DNA of 63,421 nucleotides, filler included, from Choristocarpus tenellus KU-1152 (Eukaryota; Protista; Phaeophyceae): the NCBI GenBank assembly GCA_964200185.2. It is 9 parts of 9 records of this genome, joined end to end, with 100 filler letters (N's around TTAATTAATTAA, not from the genome) between each part and the next. Parts side by side here need not be neighbours in the genome. Positions count along the whole stretch, not along the records: positions 10,018 to 15,449 come from CAXNAD020010794.1; positions 15,550 to 19,945 come from CAXNAD020014743.1; positions 20,046 to 25,019 come from CAXNAD020012314.1; positions 25,120 to 48,577 come from CAXNAD020000245.1; 5 more parts are not named here. One strand, 5' to 3'. How positions within the stretch are numbered: position 1 is the first letter of the stretch; every line of letters begins with the position of its first letter. The notes under the pieces are model-generated. The model worked only from the letters and a program-made list of their open reading frames with translations, had not been told where the DNA came from and made no database searches. The translations under genes and the position numbers were made by a program. Shown here piece by piece: positions 11,400 to 26,362 of this stretch.

Positions 11400-12886
11400 G
11401 TCACTTTGGACTTGATCAACTCGAATGGTCTGAATCCAAAGTTTCTATGCATTTGCCTTGAATTAGGGTTACCCTTCCAGTTGTAAACTCCAAAATCCAC
11501 AATATTTGCCTGAGGCCGTGCAAAGTCAGGCGCCGTAAGGGTACAAGTACGGAGTCTAGAAACGAAACGTTTGGTCCAGGCAGTGCAAACCTGTGCGTTC
11601 GACACATTGTGCAAGGAGTGCAAACAATAAAGTCCGCGAAAAGAACAATCTCACTTTAAGTTCAACCTGAAACCCACAAAAGAACTACTTGAGCTGGTGA
11701 GCACTTGTAAAGTCGCACCTCCCTTCCTTCCACCAATCTATAAGCTTTGGGTAAGCCTCTGTCAACACATGCAAAAAGATTTAGGGGGGAGGAGTACTTG
11801 TCGTTCCACAATTCTGCCTCAACACGACCGAGAAACACGGCTTTTCTCGCTGCGAGTGCTTCTATATCCTTCGCACACAGTGTCCTCTTAACATTCACCG
11901 CCCCAAGGAACAAGCCATCGTGGATAGCCTTGTGCACATAGCAGTGATCGTCAAGTACAATAAGATTGGCAGATTTCCCAGCCCGCATCGACCTAAAGCC
12001 GTAGTCATGAATAACCTGTTGAAGGACACAGGTTTGCACACGATAGTATGGTGATGAGGATAGGTTTGCCGAGCGGAGGAGTTCCTGCGCACAAGCCTCA
12101 AGGAATTGATCTGTCATTCCTATGTTAAACTTACCATCCTCTGACACGGGAAGTTCATCCTCGCTGTCTGCCGATTCCACGTCACTTCCCTTGACGTCGG
12201 ATGATGTGTTGTGGGATGATTCCCCACCGCCATGCATCTGAGAGAATATATTGTCCAGCGAGGCTGTAGGCGGAGTCCCAGACATACGCTTCCCCTTGCG
12301 AGTGGGAATGCGTTTTTTTGAAGCAGAAGGTTGTGTGGATCCAGAATCCCTCACACTGTGTGCATCCCTTCTTGACTTTCCTCGCTTAAAGGGGGAGGAT
12401 CGACAGTAGTCATCAACCTCCTCGACACCATCCTCAACACTAGAGGATCCATCGTCGATCTCCCCATCCTGGACTGATTCCACTTCGGGTGTCGGAGTCG
12501 AAGGCATCTCACCCAATAGGAGCGGGTCCGAACTCATCATCGGACTCACTTCCAGCCATAACTACAAGAGGGGAGAGCCGCAAACTACCCGGCACGTCTG
12601 GAGTGCCGCGAAGTCCCCCCCCTTCCTCTTTTTCCTCGAACTCTTCATCTGGCCAGAACTTGCGACACAATTTCGCCAGCTCATGTGCGAAGCGTTCGAC
12701 CTTGTTGGGGTCACCATTCCCCGACAGCATGGCAAATGCGAGGACCATCCCCCCCTGGCGCACATTCATAGACGTCAAGCCATCGTTGAACGAAGTCTTC
12801 AACTTGGCCCAAACATCGTCCATGTCGTGGACCCCATGGGTGGTCTTGCCTGGCGCGATGACAACACAGGTGACACACCTCGGACC
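11400..12886 (-). pseudogene. Disrupted orphan gene of unknown function
   Basis: Overlapping minus ORFs 12509-12823 and 11662-12549 read as one frameshifted protein: globular N-terminal part, acidic/Ser-rich linker, globular C-terminal part. A plausible splice acceptor lies near 12887. No family recognised. Confidence 0.4.
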
Positions 12887-13876
12887 TGGATCGGCGCGGG
12901 AAATGAATGTTAGGATTAGAGGTGTTAAGAGTATCTTATGTGTATTTTCGTCTGTTTTGGGGCAAGTGTAATTTCTTGTAGCCAGTCGTGTTCAAACCCC
13001 TACAAAAGCCCTTAAGGCGAGCTCATTAGAAATTAATGTGTGGAAGTGAGAAATATTCGCTATCGAGGCCGGGGTTTACGACTTGTGCTCTTCTTCCACA
13101 CGAAATTGTTATGGTTATCTTTGACATTTTCGAAACGTTTGTTGTCTTGTGGGGGGGGGGGGGGGGGACCAAATAGAGGGCCGGGGTGGTGTAATTAAAA
13201 ATCAGGAGAAGGTAAGAAAAAAGGNNNNNNNNNNCTTCTCCCCCCCCGGCTTCTCTTCTCCTTTTTTTTTTTTGTGATTTTTTAAAAGGTTGGTGGGTGG
13301 GGGGGGGGGGGGGGGGGTCACAGATAGAGAGCCGTGGATGTGTAATTAAAACTCCAGAGAAAGTAAGTAAATAGGTTGCATATCATTATCCATTGCAAGT
13401 GTGAAAAACATTATGTTACTAATGTCATGCGTAACTCTGATTCCTTAAGATGAAGAAGTTGGAAATTCCGGGGCTATTGTTAATTTGATTATCTATGTAA
13501 TCACTAGGTCGGTCTTAGGGGTCGTGGAAGAAACATGCAGAGGATAAACAAGTAGACAATACTCGATGCACACAGTATTAAGAGGCAGACATCCCTGCAT
13601 AGTCCATGTTAAATAATTGTGGTACACACTCATATATCTAGGAGAGACAGTTTGATTGACATTGCTCTACAATTCTGAATTTTAACAAAAAATGTGCATA
13701 GCCTCACTCACACAAGCACCCCTTCCATCCTATACACAAGTATATACTAAAGGACCACATGTAGGCAAATGACCTTAAAATTAATTGCATGGTTATAGTG
13801 AGGATAGAGGGTTACGTGTCAATACACTATAGTATTCTTGACTAAAATATATTTCAGGTCTGATGGTTGTTCTTCA

Positions 13877-15438
13877 CTAATGTAGAAAGAAACGACCCAT
13901 TGCTCCTCCATCTCTGATCCTAATATCATCATGCAGTGAAACGTTTATTTTGGCACGCTTGACTTCACCTTCTAGTCCTTTGGGGAGGGCAACACCATCG
14001 GAGGCCTCCACGATCTTGGCGAAGATGTCACCCTTGTCAACACCTTTCAGGATCAATCTCCTTCCCACCTTTGAAACACAGGGGTGGGGCGGACTTTTGA
14101 AGTGAAAATGTGGTCATTTTTACACAGACCAGAGCCTCCACACATTGACACCGAATACGGATGCGAGCACAAGAATGTTTGACAAAGGATATACTCATGT
14201 GATAAGTCGGGAGAGTAAACCGTGGGCATGAAACAAATTACCTCTTCCGAGAGGATGTATGGGTCTTTCGCAGGATTGGTAGATTGGGGGTGCAGTTTGA
14301 GTTCCTTGATCTTCATCGACGCCACCTCCAGAACAGCCTGCTCTATGAAGACCTCCTTCATGTGCATACGCTTAGCGTATGCATTTCTCTGTCTTTCAGA
14401 GACAAAGAGGAGTTCATCCGTGTCTCATCCGGATGTGCTGGCCACCTCGATAACTTCTTCAACGCATTTTTGTTTTCCTTTCCCAGAAGGTTTCTTCGTC
14501 TTAATGTTCTCTTCCTTAGAACAAACACCCTTCAGAGTTCTGGAGAACTGCAAGAGGCGATTTGCGTACGGAGTGGCCAAAGACAAGTTGGATATTGTGA
14601 GTGTTTTGGTCTTGGTGTAAGCACTTTGGCATGTGATCAGGTTATGTTGAGTAGTACAGAAAGTAATACCTATGTCATAAAAGTACGATGATCAGGATGT
14701 AAGAATGCTCGCAAGTTTTTCATGGTTTGTGTACTAATTTAATCTGTGTATGGGGTGGATGACGAACCCACGCGGATTCGGGGCTTACCCATTCTTCCGG
14801 AAAACTTTCTTTTCCCACCACGTAGGACAGGGAGAGCAGGTCAGTAGGCAACTTTTCAACAGCCTTCTCTGCGAACACACCTGCAGCTCTCTCCACGATG
14901 TCCTTCCAAGTATAGCCTCCCGGAGTGTCCTCTCCAAGGATGTCAGGGCCTTTGATGCTCAAAATATCTGTACACATTCGTACAAAGTATTGCATCCCTG
15001 TCTGCTTTTGGAGCTACCCACAAAAGAAGACAAGGATGTTGTGTTTGGCAACGGTGGCGTCACTATATGTCACTATGTCATGCTACGTACGGAAAACAAA
15101 ACTTGTGAAGGCAGTGACAGTCGCCGTCGAGTGTGAGAACAACACAGATCCTTCATCGTTAACATATTAATGTGTGCTACTTGCTGAATATACAAAATTA
15201 GGAGGACACGGGAATTTATACAACTCGAGAGGAGAAAGTTCCACAACAGAGTTTCCGAGTCATGTACCACACGTTTTTGATTTCCTCGTGTCTGCATCGA
15301 GAAAGAGATCTTCCTAATGATCGGGACTAGTCCTGCTACGGAATCAAATATTTTGCCTTGGATGGGGTCTCTGGGAGATATATGAAACGTGTTGAAGCGG
15401 GAAAGCGCAGTGCATTCCCAGGGACTATAAATTTCCAT
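13877..15438 (-). pseudogene. Short-intron orphan gene with an in-frame stop, unknown function
   Basis: Exon-like blocks: ~15014-14788 (ends EEW|gtaagc), ~14600-14242 (ends SEE|gtaatt, with TGA near 14425) and 14068-13877 (tttcaaag|VGRRLILKG...FFLH*). Upstream exons are ambiguous. Confidence 0.45.
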
Positions 15439-16512
15439 AATGAAAAATGNNNNNNNNNNNNNNNNNNNNNNNNNNNNNNNNNNNNNNNNNNNNTTAATTA
15501 ATTAANNNNNNNNNNNNNNNNNNNNNNNNNNNNNNNNNNNNNNNNNNNNGCCTTTGTGTCTCCCCCGCCGTTTCGGTTGGTTTTTGTTTTTTGAAGTTAT
15601 CGGGCGGCGGGGGGGGGGGGGGGATGATGCTTTTGACCTCTCGGTATGACATCATTGTTTTATTATTTTATATATTTTTTATTTATATTTCCACCAGGCA
15701 TCCTCGTCTTCATTTTGTCAATTGTCTCGTTGGACTGGAGTAATCTCTCCCGGTCCTCGTGCTCGGTGGGGTTCATCACTTACTCTCAGGACATACCATT
15801 AGTGTAGTGCCTTTTTGGGAACCTAGGCCGATAATTTTTCAACTCTTAACCCTAAGTTAGGGTCTACCTGTAAAGCCCCAAACCCAGACCATGTTTTCGA
15901 TGTGTTTTGGGGGAAGTATTTGAACCATATTTTTTTGATCATTTGGGTTATAGACTCTCTAACCCCAAAAACTATAGCTTTAACCTTTAACCCTAACCCT
16001 CTACCTAACCCCAAGTGACAAAGGATTCGAAAAAATGTATGTTGGCCTTGGTTCCCCATGATGGGTTTTAGTTTGTTTAGCTCCTGAAGCGGTTTTGGTT
16101 CCCTAGGGCGCTTATATACCTCTAGAACAACTCTGCACATGTTACACCCAGCACCTCTTTCAAGCTCCTGTGGAGAAAAAACCTTTTTTTTCATTTTTTA
16201 ACGTCAGCACTACATATTAACAGGCTTGTTTTTTTTTCATCCCTGTAGTTACTTTTTCTTTTTCTTCTGTTGGTGTTTGCCGATAGTGTGGGGCACATGT
16301 GCTAAAAAAATACACACACGCACACACACACACATATATATATACATATGTATGTATATATGCATGTATGCATGTATTGTGCAGGAGATGCTGTGACTTG
16401 TATGTCCATTACATTGTGGTGACTGTTGGTTGCTGTTCCTAGCGCTGCCAATCAAAATGGTAAATTGTATTCTTTAATACTGATAATGCTGTGAACGCCT
16501 GCCTTTCCCCAG

Positions 16513-19787
<3,275 letters not shown>

Positions 19788-20045
19788 GTGAGGGGGGTCT
19801 CTTTAGTAAAAAAAAAAAAGATGATGAAGAAAGATGGGTTCGTTGTGGTTTTCAAGTGTATTTTCTTATTCCCCCCCCCCCCCCCCCCCCCACGTAGGCA
19901 GGTGCGGTGGAGAGTGCGGAGTTGAGAAGGGGGGAACAACCACCANNNNNNNNNNNNNNNNNNNNNNNNNNNNNNNNNNNNNNNNNNNNTTAATTAATTA
20001 ANNNNNNNNNNNNNNNNNNNNNNNNNNNNNNNNNNNNNNNNNNNN

Positions 20046-20209
20046 GGGGGAGGGGGGTTCTACACCAGAGTGTCCATTTGGACCAAAACCAGGAAAAGTG
20101 CACTTTCATTATCCATCCAACGTATGGAACCAAATCACCCAAAAGTCGAGACGTGAAAAAATTGGCTCCAAATGGACAGCCTCCACCCCCCCCCCAGATA
20201 CTTTGAGCC
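20046..20209. mobile_element. MITE subtype B (cut by the gap); partial copy also at ~21625-21711
   Basis: Reverse-orientation match to the copies at 46858-47034 and 48231-48411; ends CCCCCAGATACTTTGAGCC. Confidence 0.8.
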
Positions 20210-22965
20210 ATCCCTGGATTGTAAGTCACCAAGAGTGGCAACAGATGCACTATTGATTAAAGTACAAGGTTTAGCGGGAAAAACGCCTCCCTACCCTTTC
20301 TTCCTGTGTTGATTTCTCGAATGAATGCAGGCGGGGAGAAAGCCTTCATCAACTTTATACGTCCAATCCTAAGTCCAGGAACAAGTATAAATGTTCGGCA
20401 TCTTGCAAGAAGTAGGAGACACCAAACCATCGGTGTGCAAATAGTCTGAATCTCATCTCCTCTCCTTCCCTGGCGTCCACGTCAATGGTAACCTCCATCT
20501 GCTTCGCGACCTCTTCTAAGTAAAGGATTAGGTGGTATCGAAAAGTCTCTACAGCTGCCTTTGTTACGATTGCTTTCTCCTCCGCCTTGCGAGCCCTTTT
20601 GACCTTCTTTCAGGCTTCAGAGCCCTTGTTCCCCAACCCTAAAACCTTCTTTCTCGTTTCCTTAAGCCACTCTGGCTTGCACAGCTTCCAAATAGCCAGG
20701 TCTTGTTGCAACTGTCGACTACTAAGATATTCTACACCCGGGTTTTCGCTTAGGCATTTCCTGAGCGCAATGGCACCCAGTCGCACTACTCTCTTCCCTA
20801 ATCTTCCCTTCGGGTGGCCACCCCGGTTCTCCCTTCGCCGTGACCAGGCTTCCCCACATACTTCATCACCGTACCACCTGGTGATGGACTCACCGCTCTC
20901 TTCCTGCTTTCCCGAGGCAGCAGAGACTGCAGAGCAGCGATCCGACGTGGTTGAAGATCCAACCACGTTTGTGTGGTAATGCTTTCAATGCATCTTCTCT
21001 CAGCGTCAGCATCACAGCCCTGTGATCCATTTTGCAATTTGATTATGCTGCTGCGCCACACTACTCGCACTTTCTCGTCACCTAACATCACACTGAGTGT
21101 CACACTGTACTTGCATTTCCGTCGCCTCTCGACAGAGAAGGTGCCAAGGGTAGATCCAAGGGGCAGAGTGGCCTCGGAGACTCTCCTTGTCTCGCTGTCG
21201 TGTTTCATGTTGCTGTGTAAGTCACGCGTGTGTGTGCTCACAGAAAGTCTGCAAAAGGCGATAAAAAGATGCCCAGAAATCTTGATTTTTTTTTCGGTAT
21301 CGCCACAACAGCAAAGTTGGGCAGCGACCTACCCTGGACCAGTGTTTTGCAAGGAGTTTGACCAACCACTTCTTTTTTGTCCGTTTTGAAGTCGTGATCT
21401 TCAAAATTGAACCGGAGATGTTCCCCCACGTTTTTTCCATTATTTGATCGGGACGTAGCTCCCGTTCCCTGAAGCCTGGATATTGGTGCATAGAACCCTT
21501 CAAAACGTCTTGCCATACACTTTCATTTGATATATATGTAGTGTTGCATAACTATTGTGGCGTTTAGGTGAAAAAAAACAAGATTGCCACAGAAGGCGAA
21601 GCTTCTGGTACCACCTTACGACGTATGCAACCAAATGACACACAAATCGTGAAATGAAAAAATTGTCCCCAAATGGACAGCCGCCACCCCCCCCCCCAGA
21701 TACTTTGAGCCCTAAATTGAACCAGTCGTGGTTTGAGGCATCTCATCTCCCAACACCTGCAACCTCTCTCCCACCAGAACATCCTGGCACATTCGAAAGA
21801 GGAATGTTCCCTGATGATGGACAACATCTGTCAAGGGACGGAAGGGATGAATAGGTTCTTTGTCTTAGCAAGGCGGGGTCAAAATATTCGGCGAAGATAT
21901 TATAAATGTCCCGATCTATATGGGTAATCAGAAATACCACAGACTCAACAGTGATGAGAACTGCTCTTACCCCTGGGTGAACAACATGCTATATATAGGA
22001 AAGACAAACGTAAGCGAGCAAAAGGTGGAAATGCACTCACCTTTAACCTTTAACTGGTTGGTGAAGCCCATCTTTTCTTTCAGCAAATCAAACGTGGCAT
22101 CAGAATTGCTCGCCGAAAGAAGGGTAAAATAATGAAAGCTTCTGTAGTCAAACGAAGACTGCAGGGGGATGGTAGGTCAACAATGAGTGGAGGCCGGCAC
22201 AAGTTAAAAAATAAAGGTCAGAGCCACAGTACCTTGGAGGGTACGGGATTTGCCCTGTTTGTCCATTTGGGGCCTGAAAAATGGAGGCGATCTACGACTT
22301 TTTATACATTTTTTTCCGGTTTTCAGTCTTACGAAGTTGTTAAAATGTAGACGATTTTAGATTTAATAGATACAGTGTCTTCATTTTTCCCTCTTCCGGA
22401 GTTGTTGAGAAGAAATGATGTGTCAGGTGTTTTTTGGTATCATATAATGGATGAAGTGTTGGGCGGTGGTCTAAAATTTGATACATTCACCCCTTAGCAT
22501 TTTTTAAAGTGTCGCGATGTACTGAAGACATCTCCTGATGCCATCTCTGTGTTCCGCTCGATGATCCTGATGTTTTGGGAAGAGTATCCTCTTGTGGACG
22601 TGGAAAATCGTGATCTATTCCTGGGCATTGTGAAATTCTTGAAGGGTGTTGCCCTAAACGTCAGTGATGAAGATGAAGGCAAGCAACTATAACATCTCCT
22701 GACAGCAAAATAGGCATACTTCACAAATTCTTATTCTCTTCCACCAAACCGTTTCATCTCTCATATAGTTTCATCCCCTTGATTACACACTTTCACACAC
22801 TCACGTTTCTCTAGTCTATGTTTGTCTCAGATGTTTAAAAACAGATGACGTATGCATCAACATATTTGTGTTTTTAATGTGTTGCGTCTATTGGCACGAT
22901 ACAGCACATACACTGCCTGATCCCGTCATTCAACATTTAATATTGTGTGATTGTATCTGTTATCT

Positions 22966-23224
22966 GAGCGAAAATATCTTAGAAGGGTACGAGCTTTGCC
23001 CTGTTTGTCCGTTTGGGACTTGGCTTCCCACAGGTATTAGATGACATTTTACCTACTCCGAAAAATTTCAGAGTAGGTAAAATGCATATGTTACGAAAAG
23101 GTGTGTCTGAACTAGGATATACACACTTCCTAAAAAATACGATAGCTAAAATTACATCAAAATTGCAACATTAGATTTTGGTCCCCAAATGGACGGGTCC
23201 CTACCCTCTAAGATACTTTGACTC
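22966..23224. mobile_element. MITE subtype C (~260 bp), flanked by ATCT on both sides
   Basis: Imperfect TIRs GAGCGAAAATATCTTAGAAGGGTA...TACCCTCTAAGATACTTTGACTC. Homologous to 36376-36633, 52913-53175 and a partial copy at 22221-22275. Confidence 0.85.
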
Positions 23225-23423
23225 ATCTACCTCTACCAGACACGGGCTAGTTTCGTGCTTCCTCTGTCGCTGATAGTGCTTGTCATTGGAAATTTTAAAC
23301 TAGTGCATCTTCTATAAATCCCACCAACCACGACTAATCGTTCTAAATATTTGTTTAGGTTCCATTTCGAATATCCCAACCTTTCATCCTTTACGTATTA
23401 CATCTTCTAGAAAATTGTATCTA

Positions 23424-25019
23424 CAGTAAGGGTCCCACTTTAGGGGGTGTAGTGACAAGAAGCATTTACCGCACTATTGCGGGACCCCGCACTATTCTTT
23501 AATGTTCCTGAATAGTGCGGTCACCGCACTATTCGAGGAAATCATCTACATACGTGCGTATTTCAGAGTAATGACACACCGTAAACATATACCTGTTACG
23601 GCAGTATCGCCTACCGCACAACAACAATGCGTGCGGCCACGTGGATAATATGGAGTGTGATGAGAGGACGGTCGCGGCTGCTTGTTTCGGGTACTGTACT
23701 GCAGTATGAAGCTGTAACTGTTGTGTTTGTGGCAGCGCATTCCGTACCATGCACATTTGTGTCATATCGCATAGATAGCGGTACTGGGCAATGTACAGCA
23801 GAACTGTACAGTACGTACTGTATCCAGAAAAGGAATAACAGCAGTATGGTCTTGCTGTAGTGTTGTTGTATCTCACGCATATCATTGCAATACATGATAC
23901 GTTTCAGAGTACGGTTCATGCTCAGAGCCCTGATGACGATCCATTCATACTGTACTCGTATCACCACACACTGCACTCAAAACCCACCACGCGTCAGAGC
24001 GCAGAGCAGGAGGACTGACTGCCCGTGTCTGAGCCTACTCATCGCTTCTACACCGAACCGTAACTGAACAGGACCACCAGCAATACACCTGAAAATCAAG
24101 ACAAATTACAGCTGGAATTAAGACACTGAACCACTACCACCCTGCTCTCCACTACATATCCCCCTCTGGTAGGCTCGCAAAGGCTCTAATGTCTGTCTGT
24201 TATACAGACTTAGAGGCATGCGCGTTGATCATTGCCGTCCTAGCCTTCTGTAGGTGGAAAGCGGTCTCCTGCATGCCACATTTCTCGGCGATGGTCACCA
24301 AGTAATGGAAGTGGGAAGAAAGTTCCGAATAAGGCGGAGGCACCTCAACTTCGCGTCTCCTGGAGTCATCTTTCCCGCCCTCTTTTTTATCGTCGGACAC
24401 GTTTTCGGGTACCTCTTGCGTGTACATGTTTAAATACTCTGTAACCTCTTCCACCCTGTCGAGCTCCAGAGCTTCCATGACATCCTCCTGGTCTTGTACC
24501 GTTGCCCACTCGTGAGCCTAGCAGCTATCTCGGTGTGAGTAACCTTTTGGCCCAGCAGCTCCACAACTTCCAGCTTCTGCCCCAGAGTCAGCTGTCCGCG
24601 GGACGTGCATGCTGCTTTCTTGGCGACTCCAGGCCCTCCCAAGGAAGATGCTGCACCAAGTTTGCGCTTGCCCGTGGCAGCTTACGAGGACTGCTTGGCA
24701 GACTGCTTGGCAGCAACGCATGTGGGGCAGATGCGGTGCAATTCGTTGCCGCTCTCCGGCTCCACTTCACCACAGGTGCCGTGGAGCCGGCCACCACACC
24801 CTCCTTGGCATACATGGCCGTTAGGTTCTTTTGGGGTCATGTCGGGAAACAGGCATAGCTCACCTGCACCACAGGGCATCGCGTGGTACACGCCTACTGC
24901 TGCACAGCAGTAGTACTGCTGTAGTACAGTATGACAGGTTTTCTCTCTGTGTGTGTGGTGTGTAGAGAGAGAATGTGTGGTGACCGCACTATTCAGGGTC
25001 ATCATGACCCCCTAACCGC
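23424..25019 (-). mobile_element. Internally deleted pogo/Tigger-like DNA transposon
   Basis: TA|CAGT terminus at 23422-23427. Subterminal ACCGCACTATT repeats occur at both ends (~23468-23535 and ~24983-24993). The N-terminal HTH_psq/CENP-B-like SRGQLTLGQKLEVVELLGQKVTHTEIAARL abuts a C-terminal tail, and no DDE domain is visible. The other end is lost in the gap. Confidence 0.7.
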
Positions 25020-25119
25020 NNNNNNNNNNNNNNNNNNNNNNNNNNNNNNNNNNNNNNNNNNNNTTAATTAATTAANNNNNNNNNNNNNNNNNNNNNNNNN
25101 NNNNNNNNNNNNNNNNNNN

Positions 25120-25304
25120 GTCAAACGATCTGGGGGGGGGGGGGTGTCAGCGTCCGTTTTTCACCCTTTCACCCTTTTTCGATTGACTTTTTTGGTGTGA
25201 TTTGGTCGCACGTGTCGGATTTGAAATGTCAGCAAAGGAAAACGTTGTTTGACCGAAACGGATGCCCCCTCACAAGTCACTACCCCCCCCAGATACTTTG
25301 ACCC
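25120..25304. mobile_element. MITE subtype A; further copies at 2940-3016, 53602-53720 and 57502-57660 (partial)
   Basis: Homologous to the complete copy at 45145-45329; ends CCCCCCCAGATACTTTGACCC. Confidence 0.85.
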
Positions 25305-26362
25305 ATTTGTAGCACGTTATTTACAAAAGGTCAATCCCGCAATAGTAGTGCTTGTAAGTAGGTTTACTATTATCTGTTACAACTGTCATTTAGACCCCTT
25401 ATGGTTGACGGTATACTGCAGGAAGTGTGGTAGTACATGTTCTCCACTGTACCACAGGCTAGGGAACAAAGTTGTTTTGCATGGGTGTCTCAATAGTAGC
25501 GGCCATTTTTACGGTATGCATCATCTCTATAGCAATCTTAATGTAAACAAAAAACTGGCATGTTCAATCTTCCCCTGAAGGTACCTGTAAATAAACGTGG
25601 GGAGAAAGTGATTGTGAGCAGTGATTTTCACATTCAATTTCCTCTACATAAATGGCTCTAGATATGTGCATTCAGTATGTTCATGCAATTATTCACTCAG
25701 GCTTTTTTGAGGCAAAGTTTGATTTGGAAACATGCTAGATGCGGGTGGAGCTGCTTTCTTTCTGGTCTATTTGGTTTGATATTTGAAACGTGATACTGTT
25801 GACTACTTGTTAGCTTTAGCTTAAAACAGGTTTGGAATGACAACAATGAGAACGCTGCTTGTTCTCTCTTGTAGAATATCACCATAGCACTTGTTTTTGA
25901 TGAAGTCAGGGGCCTCATGTACGTAAATTACAGTACACACATATTTATGTTTCTGTTCCTAGATGGTTGTATCACCTACAGTGTCTCGGACAGAAGTCTA
26001 GTTTACTTCCTCTCAAACAAGTACTTGTGATGTTGCAGCCCATTTTCTCTGGTCTGTTCAAATGCCCCTGTTTTATGTACATCCTTGTGTGAACCCATAG
26101 CACGCCAATGGCCACTCTCTACTTCACAAACGGAAGAGAAGTACTTGACACTTCCAAGTATAAAGGCTTCTATTGTATGCATCATTGCTTCTGCCTTCCT
26201 GGGTAGACCTCCTGTGACTTTGTGTGTGGTAGGGCTAGGGTGATGATTGTCCTTGCCCTTGTATGTGGGTTGTTTTTGTTGCACCAGAGTGTGGTGTGGT
26301 CGCAGCCTCTCAACTGGTTGCCCCCCCATCCCTCTCTCTGTTGATGCCTACCTGATCTACAG

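Noticed and set aside
13150-13375. Apparent duplication around a 10-N gap
   Set aside because: A noisy copy following poly-G, typical of low-quality read ends. The same pattern occurs at ~9420-9545.
20250-21550. Minus-strand coding-like remnant (ORFs 20610-21516)
   Set aside because: Multiple stops and no motif I can assign. Probably TE debris, but not supportable as a feature.
21805-21845. CTGATGA hammerhead core
   Set aside because: No downstream GAAA or closing stems.
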